Shown: positions 51,958 through 64,000 of the stretch, piece by piece
Position numbering within the stretch: position 1 is the first letter of the stretch
Layout: the number at the start of each line of letters is the position of its first letter
NCBI RefSeq assembly: GCF_009914755.1
Contig: NC_060939.1
DNA length: 64,000 bases
Origin: the human T2T-CHM13v2.0 reference genome, Homo sapiens
Strand: one strand, 5' to 3'
Program-made: the position numbers and the translations under genes
Notes under the pieces: model-generated
What the model was told of the DNA's origin: nothing
Seen by the model: the letters and a program-made list of their open reading frames with translations, nothing else
The model's database searches: none

Positions 51958-52152
51958 CCAGTGTTTGAGGCAGGTGGTCCATGTGTGGTCCCAGAACAGC
52001 AGCATCAGCAGCATCTGCAGGGAACTTGTTAGAACACGAATTCTCAGGCCCACTGTAGACTTCCTGAATCAGAAGCTCTGAGATTTCTGAACAGTTGGGG
52101 TTTTCTCAAGCCCTCTGGAGGAGTCTGCCTCTTGCTCAAGTGTGAGGTCCAC
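51958..52152 (+). mobile_element. MER5A (hAT-Charlie)
   Basis: gtgtggtcccagaacagcagcatcagca...gaacttgttagaa...aattctcaggccc...ctgaatcagaa. Confidence 0.8.
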
Positions 52153-52323
52153 CAGACGAGGTGATAGAAACAGAAAAGAACCTGCAAAGATGACTCCTGA
52201 GCAAGGGGGCTCTCCCACAGGGCCTGGGTGTCAGTGAGTGCTCTTCGGGGGCAAGAGAGAACCCTGGGAAGCACTGAGAAGCAGACAGCAAAGCCCCTCC
52301 AAAAAATGGTGTGAAACTCCAAT

Positions 52324-52661
<338 letters not shown>

Positions 52662-54257
52662 TGAAGGACACATTTGACAACATATGAATTAAATATATCT
52701 ATATGGTAGATTTCTCACCAAGAATTTAGATGAAAAAAAGAGGGAAAGGAGACAGTTGCAACATTTATGACGAGGGAAACGGTCACTATCCCTAATATGC
52801 AAAGGAGTCCATGAGGAAACTCGATAGAAAACTGGATAAAGAAAGTGAGTGGGAATTTCACAAAACGAAGAAATACCGATAATGAATAAAAAGATCATCA
52901 GTCTACTTAGTAACCAAGGCAATGCAAATTAAAGTGGCAATGACATTTCTGCCTATCAGATGGCCACAAGAATTTTTTAGACCAAATAACATCCAGTGGA
53001 TCATATTCCACATTGTGGTCGAGAATAGAAATTGGTACAATCTTCGGTGATGGTAATTTGATGGAGTCTTTTAAAACTTAAAAATGCTCATTCTCTGAAA
53101 ATGAGCAGAAAAAAAGAATTTGTATGACAATAATTTTTGAAAGTGATAAAATAAACTGTTAAGACAGTTTAATTTCTACGTAGATACCATCTTATTCATA
53201 ACATATTATACCAAGTAATTCTCAATTTACTTTCAAGGTAATTATAAATCCCTGAAGTCATTATACATCTCACCCAAGGAATTATAATATCTAGCAATAA
53301 CAAAAATACATTGAAAAGGAGTAAACTGCTCAGCAGATTTTGAATATTTTATTTTGAAATTCAACGTGGAACTTAACCAAAATATTGTTTTATTTCTCTT
53401 GGCAAAGTATCTCAACAGAGAGCTATTTCCCTAGGAAAAAAAGAAAATCTTTTATTCCCTATGAAATCAAGTCCACTCTAAGGAAGCTGATTAGGAAGGA
53501 GAACTGAGTGCCTCAAGCTCAGTAGTGCTGTCCCGTGAAGATGATGTGACTTGGCCCCCAAAGGGTGGAAGAGCCCTTACCGGCATCACGAGTAAGGGCA
53601 GGTGAGAAAGGTGGGCACCTGCAGGTGGTGCTCTGGGGTCTACACACAGTGACATGCACAGGTGACACAAACCGTGGTATTTATAGGAGTATTCAAAGGC
53701 AGGCTAACCTCAAACACTCTCAGCTTAGAAATGTACAGATAGATAACGTTTAAACTGAGACAAAGCTTTGCAGTTTATGTGAAGCTCAAATGCTGCTGAA
53801 GCTGCTCTGTTTCCTGGCCCACCCATCCACCAGCCTGTGTATCCTCCCCAATGAACAAATGATGGACCAAAATGTGGTATGGCAAATGGCAAATGTAAAA
53901 CTGGAGCAAAGAGATTGTCAGGCTCTTTGAGAATATTACTTTTTCTAAAATATAGTTGATTGATTATTCTTTTGAGAGATAATCATAGGCCCAGTGGAAG
54001 TTCAAAGGTATATATCGAAAGTCAATTGGCCTCCCACCCTCTGAACTTGCTTTGAATTCCTTGTGTGTCCTCCCAGGACAGTCTATGCATACACAAATAC
54101 CTCCTCTATGTGTAAATGTCAGTGGCATGCTATTCACACTCTTCTGAGTTTGTCTTATTTCACTTAACCATATACTTTGGAAATTGATCCACATCTGTAT
54201 CTCTAAATCTGACTCATTTTTTAAAAGTCATTTTATTTTAAATAAAATGTGGATTCA

Positions 54258-54550
<293 letters not shown>

Positions 54551-54888
54551 TAAAATATGGATTCAGAAAACTGCAAAATAAAATATATGGCTTAATGAAT
54601 TATTTGAAGGTAAATACTACCTAGGATAAGAAATAGAACTTTGCCAGCCACCCCAGAAGCACCTCCATATTCCCTACCTAATCCCTGTCTTCTCCCTCCC
54701 ACCATAAGTGACATTAATCTGACTTGTTTTCATTTTTATTTTTATAGCTTTATCACCCAAATTTGCTCCCCTAGACCTTATACTTTAGTCCTACCTATTC
54801 TAAAAAATGTGTGCTAGGTCTTTTAAGTCTCTTTTAATCTATATGGTTCCTCCTCCATCCATTTCATTTCTTTACAACTTATCGTTGA

Positions 54889-55200
<312 letters not shown>

Positions 55201-55524
55201 TTGCATGTTGGTAGCAATTTGCTATGCCCTTTACACTTAAGGGTCAGTTTTTCTGGGTATAACATTTTTGGCTTATACTGTCTTTCCTTGAGTATGTTAA
55301 ATATGCTAATCCATTCTCCTTTGGTATAAAGCATTTTTCTCAAAAAATCCTGGTAATAGTCTATTTTTCTTTTCCTTATAAGTCACATAAGACTTTTTCA
55401 AGATGTCCAAAGAATTTCTCTAGAGGTTCAAATGATTTTTTTTTTCTTAAGTACTAATAATTTCAGTAGGATATATCTTGACAGCAGTCATCCTGGGCCG
55501 ATATTCTCAAGTGTGCATTGAACC

Positions 55525-55828
55525 TTTTCTTTCTTTCTTTCTTTCTTTTTTGAGACAGGTTCTTGCTCTGTCACCCAGGCTGGAGTGAGTACAGTGGTAC
55601 AACCTCAGCTAACTGCAACCTCTGCCTCCCGGGTTCAAGCAATTCTAGTGCCCCAGCTTCCTGAGTAGCTGGGATTACAGGTGCAAGCCACCACACCCAG
55701 CTAATTTTTGTATTATTATAGAAATGAGATTTCACCATGTTGGCCAGGCTGTTCTCGAATTCCTGGCCTCAAGTGATCTGCTCACCTCAGCCTCCCAAAG
55801 TGCTGAGATTACAGGCATGAGCCACCGC
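55525..55828 (-). mobile_element. AluJ/S
   Basis: Antisense Alu. Confidence 0.88.
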
Positions 55829-56461
55829 ATTCACATTTCAATATACATTATCAAATCTTTTATTTCAAGGAAGTTTTCTTGGATTATAGCTCTTAGTACT
55901 TCCTCTGTTCTCTTGCTTTGGTTTTCTTCATGAGGAAAACCTATTATTCATATGTACAATAGCCTTCAATGTTCACTACTTTCTCTTAAATCCTTCTCTC
56001 TTCATTTCTTTTTTTTTTTTTTTGTCTTATTTCACCTTTTATGTCTCTCGAGGCATTACCCTTGTATTTGTTTACTTTTGTGTTCCTTCCAGGAACACAG
56101 GTATTGACATCCATCAAATGTATTTAAATCCATGGATTCATAATAATTAGTCTACCTTACAGAATAATTATTTTTAGTTCTACTTTTTTCCTGAGTTGTC
56201 ACTTCATTTCCAAGTTTCTCTAATTCTGATTGATGCTGTTCTGCCATGTCTATCATGTACTTAATGTCTTTTTCTGAAATAGATCAAACAGAAGCTTGCT
56301 GTTTTATGACTATGTCTCTCTGCCATGACTTGTCAGTTACAGTGTTACCCTATTCTTTATTCTCTCTAGTTTTTAAAATTACTTTGCATAGGATTGAACT
56401 TGATACTCTTCTAGTGCTCGTTTTTTCATGTGAAATCAAGTTTTCCTAAACTTTTAGAACA

Positions 56462-56512
56462 AGTCAGGGTTCCCTAGGGGGACAGAACTAATAGAATAGA
56501 GGGATAGATAGA

Positions 56513-56544
<32 letters not shown>

Positions 56545-56959
56545 TAGATAGATAGATATAGATAGATAGACAGAGAAAGGGGAGTTTATTAAGTATTAAA
56601 TTATATGGTCACAAGGTCCCACAATAGGCCGTCTGCAAGCCTGAGGAACAAGGAGAGCCGGTCCGAGTCCCAAAACTGAAGAACTTGGAGTCTGATGTTT
56701 GAGGGCAGGAAGCATCCAGCATGGAAGAAAGATGTAGGCTGGGAGACTAGGCCAGTCTTGCCTTTTCACGTTTTTCTGCCTGCTTTATATTTGCTGGCAG
56801 CTGATTAGATTGTGCCCACCAGATTAAGGGTGGGTCTACCTCTCCAAGCCCACTGACTCAAATGTTAATCTCCTTTGGCAACACCTCACAGACACACCCA
56901 GGATCAATACTTTGCATCCTTCAATCCAATCAAGTTGACACTCAGTACTAATCATCACA
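56462..56959 (-). mobile_element. MLT2A1 (HERV-L) solo LTR with an internal (GATA/GACA)n
   Basis: Reverse complement begins TGTGATGATTAGTACTGAGTGTCAACTTGATTGGATTGAAGGATGCAAAG; retains TATAAA and AATAAA. Confidence 0.9.
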
Positions 56960-57163
56960 AAGGCCATGTTAAGGAATGCTTTTCAAACTTCACAGGGCTC
57001 CTACTTCTGTGTTCAAAAATAGAGCCACCTGCTTTCAGGGATTTGCTGGCTGTTTCTTTCCCCCAATGCAGATGGAAACTGCTCCTTCCTTTCTTTCATC
57101 CTTGTCTTGCTCAATTTTGATTCCTCTCCCAGCGCTTTCTCCTGAGTGTGGAGCCCTTCCTGA

Positions 57164-57576
<413 letters not shown>

Positions 57577-58044
57577 TCCTCCTGCCTTCTTACTGTGGGC
57601 ACCTGAACTACCTCGCACTAGAGAGGCAACTCTTCAGCTCCACCTGCTCGTCTCGAATTGGCCCACAATACTTTCTAGTGAATACTGGTATATCTGGGGT
57701 TCTTCTGTTCTCAGGTCTATCATGCCTCACCCCCTTGCTTTCTAACTTCTTTCAGCCCCTCAAACCCAGATACCATGCAACTCTTGAGGCTGTTGGCCAT
57801 TTATATATGCTAGGTTAGTGGGAATAATTTGTCACCTAGTTTTGTCATAAATATTTTCCTTGGGTTGTGGGTTTTGCTGCCTAGTTTCTGTGTGTCTGCA
57901 TGGGGACTTGGAAAAACTGAAAACTTGGACCCCTTTGCCTAGAATCTGGTTTATTCTTTATAACAGGGGCACTGTATTTATCTAACCAGTCCCCTATTGA
58001 TGGATATGTGGGTTGTTTCTGAATTTTGCTATCACAATCAATGT

Positions 58045-58462
58045 GCCCTATTATTGTTTGAATGTTTGCCCCCTCCCAAACTCATGTTGAAATTTAATTA
58101 CCATTGTAACAGTATTAAGAGGTGGGACCTCTAAGAGGTGATTAGGCCATGAGGGCTCTGCCCTCATGAATGGATTAATACTGTTATTGTGGGAGTGGAT
58201 TCACCCCCGTTCATCTCTCTCTCACCTCTCTTTGCCCTTCTGCCATGTTATGACTGATCAAGAAGGCCCTCACCCCATACACAGTTCCCAGAACTGTGCA
58301 CCAGTCATCTGTTTATTATAGATTGCCCAATCTATAATATTAATTATTATTGTTACCCAATTATTACTAATTAATACTCAATCTATAATAATAATAATCT
58401 GTTTATTATATATTACCCAATCTGTGATATTCAGTCATTGCAGCACAAAATGGACCAAGTCA
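58045..58462 (+). mobile_element. MSTC/MSTD-like MaLR LTR
   Basis: gtttgaatgtttgcccctcccaaactcatgttgaaattta...gcagcacaaaatggac. Confidence 0.8.
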
Positions 58463-61400
58463 TACCCTTTACACAAGTGCATATGAGCAGGTACATCTGT
58501 AGGATACATTTCTAGAGGTGGAATAGTTCAATAAGGATATGAACACAGTAGGTGCTCAAAAATATTTGCTAATTTGAGTTAGAAAATGTATTTGCCACAA
58601 TAGTAATAAAATTTGTTCTGGCCCACAGCCCAGGTAGACTTCTATTGAGAACAATGTACTTAAATACTGTTAAGCACAACTTTGGGGCTCCTTGAGCAGA
58701 AGAAAGAGGAAACAAAAAAAGACACTGATTCATTCCTGCAGTTAGCAATCAGGTGTTGCCTAGTGTACTACAGACTCTACTGGGGCCTGGGGATATAGCA
58801 GAGGTCCTAGCCCTGTTGGAGCTCACAGTTCAGAGTGGAGATGCCTTTGTTGTTTGAGCAACTTTGAGAATTAAATGATTGCTCTTCATACTCACAATTG
58901 AGTAACACTTCGTAAAACGTACCATCCAATCTTTGTCTACACCTAGAAAAACTTCAGGGTAAATTTCAGTGCAGAGCACAGGGAGAACAGCTGTCCAGGA
59001 TAAATACTTAGATGTCAGCTGTCCATTTGGTCATATGCCATTTCTGAGAGTCAGTCTACAACCTCCTCTTCAGAAGGCACCCAAGGTTTTCTGTAAACAG
59101 ATGAGGCTGCTTCAGGGGTACACTGCGATGCTTCATTCCTGTTGGTACTGGAGTACAAATCTGGGAACTTTAAAATGCATCGATGGTGGAAAAAAAGAAA
59201 AAAACAAAACAAAAACAAATAGCAAAAGCGGTGTGCATTGCTTCAGTTTCAGCCAAGTTCATTCTCTCTTCCAGAAACCCAGCTTCCATGCTGATGTCCT
59301 TAAGCCATCAATGCCGTCAACAATGCTGTTATTCCCTAAGTTCAGGGTCAATAAAGGCAGAGCTAGCTCCGCAGCTCATGGCAAAGATCTCCATTTGGCC
59401 ATAACATTTTCCCAGATTGACCTCGTAATGTTTTTCAACACGGTGCTCTGGACAACCTCTACAAAGAGGTGAAGGCATCCAAGCTGAGTCTCATCTCCCA
59501 TCCCCTATGTGACTATTCTGCACTGAAACCTGGGACTCTTCCTCCTTCTTTATCCCTCTGCAGTGATTCAGTCCCCAAGTCCAAGTCTATTCCAATGATC
59601 CCTTCACCTCTATATTTCTTCTACTCTTTCTGATCATCCTCCATAAGTTCTGCTGCCAGATTAACCTGTCACCCCTTTGAAGCCATGATTCATGTGGGCT
59701 GGTCTCAGGCTGATGTGATGTTCAAAGAAACGCAGTCTAGCATCCACTTGTATTTTCAAAAATTGCTCCCGTCCTTTATGTCTCTTTAGTCCCATGCAGG
59801 AGATACTTTGCCTATAGAAACATTTCTCAAACACCCTCTTTGTCTGTCTCCTACTCCCATCACTTCCTGGGGCTTCTTCTGTGCTTTCTTGTCTAAACTC
59901 CCCCAGTCCCTAGCCCCGGACTCTGAGACACTTCTCACTCCACCCTTCCCCCTTCCCTGGTCTTTGCATCACAAAAGCCCAAAGAGTCAGCAGGGAAATG
60001 ACCCAGCCTTTCTTAGAGAGCTTGGGGAAAGAAACCTGGTGGGGAAACTCTTTTAGTCGGACAGACAGAGGCATATTAAAACTCATTAAAAAAAAAACTC
60101 TTAAAAAAGAAAAACACTTTGTAAATGTAATTTTTTCTGCTCCTTGACACAGATTTTCCCATCATCCCCTAGCGTCTAATGGATAGAGTCCACGCTCCTG
60201 GCCTGGGAGTCAAGACCCTCCACGTGCACCCTTAACTTATGTCTCAAGCTTCTCTACTGCTTCCCAGCCTTACCCCTCTGCCCTTCCCAGCCACTTTATC
60301 TGCTGTCCCTGACCACACCACCAATATCCCAGCATGCTGGCTCCTCTCTTCTTCCCCATCCAATTCCCGATTTTCCTTCCAGTGTCATCTCAAGTGGCTT
60401 TATCTCGGGGTTTGATGTTTTCTGCTCCTCCCAAACCTCCCAAGCCTTCTGACTCTTCATAAGAGTTTGTTCGGTGAATGAATGAAGCCCTCACTTCATG
60501 CCCTTCTCTGGTACAGGAATCGCATCATTCAGGAAGCTTCTTTGAGCAACTAACAGGCATTTTCTTAGCTTATTTCGTTGCCTTTAAACCAAGGCTGCCA
60601 TTTCTGCCTGTGCGTTCTGTCTGCCTTCGCTGCACCTCCACTCCTTCAAGCTTGGATTGATGACTTCTGTTCTCTAATTTTATCTGGGCAATCAAATTCC
60701 CAAAATATGTGTAAAAGAGAAGATTGCATTCCTATTTTACAAACGTGGCAACTCTGTGGAATTTTTAATCAGATACCAGCTTTTCTGCATCTCTGTGATG
60801 TTTTTCCTCCTTCGGAGTCAGTAGATAGGGCCTTTTGCTTTGCATTGTTGACCATTGTCCTTGCCTTCTGACATTTTTTGCTGTCTTCCTCACGTGCATT
60901 CCACAGTCAGAATACTGGGCTTTGTCCTTCCCTCTTTCATTACAAGAAGCTCTGCTATAAGGATGTTTTGTGGGTTCCTCAGCTCTAATGAAATTCCAGG
61001 CATTTCCTTGAAGCTGGCCCCCAGGGAGAAGCTACTCTCACTGGTCTGTGACGCTCAGCTAGAGAGGAGATGACGGCGTGAGTTTGGTTCTGGGCTGGAA
61101 TTTCTTGTTGCAACATCCCAGCGTGGCCCCTCTTAGAACCTTCCCACCACCACATTCAAATCTTATTCCTCCAGCCTCTGGCACACCTTCAGCCTGCTAC
61201 CAGCAGAGAAAAAAAAAAAAAAGACATATGTTCTTGCTCCATATATCCTTGAGGTGGGCAAAAAAATTAAATGTTAACCATGGAGGAAATTGTGCACATC
61301 CAGACAGGACACTGTGGCAGTCAGATCAGTGCCAAATTCTGGGAAGTTATCAGTGATGGTCATAGCATGGACCTACCAGTACCTGCCCAGGGACCACGAT

Positions 61401-61515
61401 CTGTAGCTGGACCACATCTTGGTGTGCCACAGTGAAGGCACTGGGGACAAATATGTTCCTCCCACTATCCTGGTGGATCCAGAACCTGGGATCATGGACT
61501 CTGCTCAGATCCTTT

Positions 61516-61997
61516 TGAAACCATGCCCCAAAGAGTTAAAGAAACCAGTGACTCACAGAAATTCTTAAGCCTGCAGGATGGCAGATAAGAAAAGAAACAG
61601 CTTGCTGAAATTCCCTCCAACTATAAGGTAACAAAACAGGCTGAAATCAGTTGAAACCAATACGGCCCACTGGAGTATACGCAGAACGAGACTGGTGATG
61701 CTACGACCTGAATTTCCTCTGCATGTTTCATCCTAACTCCCCCAGAATTTGCACGTGGGCCCCATAAAAAGGCAGGAAGAGATAATTGTCCATGCCCAAG
61801 GACTTTGCAGACCACCCTTTTCACTCCCTGAACCTTTTCTAACAAAAGTACAGCCTTATGCCCAGCACAGGGAGACCGATTTGAGCTAGAATGCTATCTC
61901 CTTGTTGATAGACCTGCAATAAAAAGCGTTTCTTTTCTGAAAAACCCAGTGTCATAGCGTTGGCTTCTAGCGCATCGGGTAGTGAGCACTTTTGCTT
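61516..61997 (+). mobile_element. ERV1 solo LTR (MER66-like) inserted in the TUBB pseudogene CDS
   Basis: tgaaaccatgccccaaagagttaaagaaaccagtgac...caataaaaagcg...gcatcgggtagtgagcacttttgc; TUBB homology stops at 61515 and resumes at about 61998. Confidence 0.8.
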
Positions 61998-63484
61998 AGA
62001 TCTGCAGACCAGACCACTTTGTTTTCGGTCAGTTTGGGGCAGGCAGCAGTACACAGTGGAGCTGAGCTGGTTGATTCATTCCTGGATATGTGCAGAAGGA
62101 AGCTGAGAGCTGTGACTGCCTTCAGGGCTTCCAGCTGACCCACTCACTGGGTGAGGGCACAGGCTCTGGAATGGGCACCCTCCTCCACAGCAAGATCCGA
62201 GAAGAGGATCCTGACCACATCATGAACACCTCCAGTGTAATGCCCTCACTCAAAGTGTTTGGCACTGTGGCTGAGCCCTGCAGTGCCCCCTCCCCATCCA
62301 TCCACTGGTAGAGAACACTGATGAGACCTGCGGCACAGACATTGAGGCTCCTTATAATATTCGCTTCCGCACCCTCGAGCTGACCACACAAAACTATGAG
62401 GACCTGACCCACCTGTCTCAGCTAACATGCGTGGGGTCACCACCTTCCTCTGCTTCCCTCACCAGCTCAATTCGGACCTCTGCAAGCTAGCAGTCAATAC
62501 AGTGTCCTTCCCACGCCTCCAGTTCTTCATGGCTACCTTTGCCCCTCTCACCAGTTGTGGAAGCCAGCTGTATAGGGCTCTCACCATGCCCAAACTCACC
62601 CAGCAGGTCTTTGATGCCAAGAACATGATGGCTGCCCCACCAGGACTGCCTTCTTCCATGAATATCCATCCATTCATGAAGGAAGTCAATGAGCAGATGC
62701 TCAGTGTGCAGAACAAGAGTCGCCAGCAGCTATTTCATGGAATGGATGCTAACAACGGTCAAGACAGCCATGTGGGACATCCTTCCTCATGGCCACAAGA
62801 TGGCGGTCACGTTCGTCGGCAACAGCGCGGCCACCCAGAAGCTCTCCATGGCCTCTCAGGGCAGTTCCCTGCTGTATTGTGCGGGAAGGCTGTCCTCCAC
62901 TGGTATGCAGGGGAGGGCATGAACGAGATGGAGTTCGCTGAGGCCGAGAACAACATGAATGACTTCATCTCTGAACATCGACAGTCTAGGACGCCGCCGC
63001 AGAAGAGGGAGAGGACTCAGTGAGGAAGCCCAGTGGGAGGCCTAAGGCAGAGCTCCCATCACCTCAGGCATCTCAATTCCTTCAGCCTTCTTCCTTGGCT
63101 GCCCCTTTCTTCTCCCTCAGTAGTCGTGTTTGCTGCCTTTACCTTGTTTATCTGGGGAGAGGGAGGGTCTAGAGCAGTGCCTGGTACATAGTAAGTGCTC
63201 AATAAATATTTGTCTGCTGAATGTCTCCTCTCTCTTTCCACTCCAGGAAACCTAGATTTCTGCCGATCTGGGTAACCGTGTATTTCCTTCTGGTACCCTC
63301 CTCCCATCTGCCCAATTAATATGTCCCTCTGTTTTCAAAATAATTCTCCAGGAAGCTGGGTCCCATTCAGATCCCATTTAGAACCAACCGGGTGCTGAAA
63401 ACCCAGATAATGTGCACCATCCTATGTCCACGTAGTAGCCAGCACTGGGAAGGTAGAAGGTGGCAGGAAGAAGTTACTGCAAGG

Positions 63485-63633
63485 GGCTGGGCATGGTGGC
63501 TCACGCCAGTCATCCCAGCACTTTGAGAGGCTGAGGCTGGAAGATTGCTTGAGCTTAGATGTTTGAAACCAGCCTGGGCAACATAGCAAGACCACGTCTC
63601 TATTTTTTTTTTAAGTAACAATAAAAAAAAAGA
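63485..63633 (+). mobile_element. FLAM_C monomer inserted in the pseudogene 3' UTR
   Basis: Single monomer (attgcttgagc...ccagcctgggcaacatagcaagacc); 17-bp TSD aagaagttactgcaagg (63468-63484 / 63634-63650). Confidence 0.88.
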
Positions 63634-63716
63634 AAGAAGTTACTGCAAGGAAGAGGATGGGATTTTCCATTCTAGAACGGTTTTGGAGAGGGAAATCCAG
63701 GCTCATAAAGCCATAA

Positions 63717-64000
<284 letters not shown>

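Noticed and set aside
58969-59472. 167-aa ORF in unique sequence
   Set aside because: GTG start, crosses an A-rich simple repeat, no domain similarity
62427-63023. 198-aa tubulin-like ORF as a functional retrogene
   Set aside because: It drifts in and out of the tubulin frame; the N-terminal GTP-binding region is frameshifted and split by an LTR

Overview
Primate (most likely human) genomic DNA, dense in Alu, L1, L2, MIR, MaLR/ERV LTRs and DNA-transposon fossils. There is one real coding exon: the first coding exon of ENTREP2 (FAM189A1; from recall, 15q13.1), on the minus strand at 19533-19315, inside a CpG island at about 18640-20260. Positions 1-19314 are therefore ENTREP2 intron 1 and the rest is upstream sequence. 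At about 61129-63850 lies an old processed pseudogene of class I beta-tubulin (TUBB), interrupted by an ERV1 LTR and a FLAM monomer. Almost all other ORF-track entries are Alu-, L1- or GC-bias artefacts. I found no convincing new multi-gene system. The best leads are: (1) a strong-Kozak 47-codon uORF in frame with the ENTREP2 CDS and separated from it by a single TGA; (2) a complex templated-repair scar at 6315-7001 that contains a 220-bp copy of sequence from 2.6 kb away; (3) a candidate ancient L1 3' transduction; (4) an MLT2A1 LTR with DUX4-type sites pointing toward ENTREP2; (5) a CCTCCA expansion seeded inside a Tigger2 transposase tail. Repeat boundaries and subfamily names were read by eye from recalled consensus sequences and are approximate.
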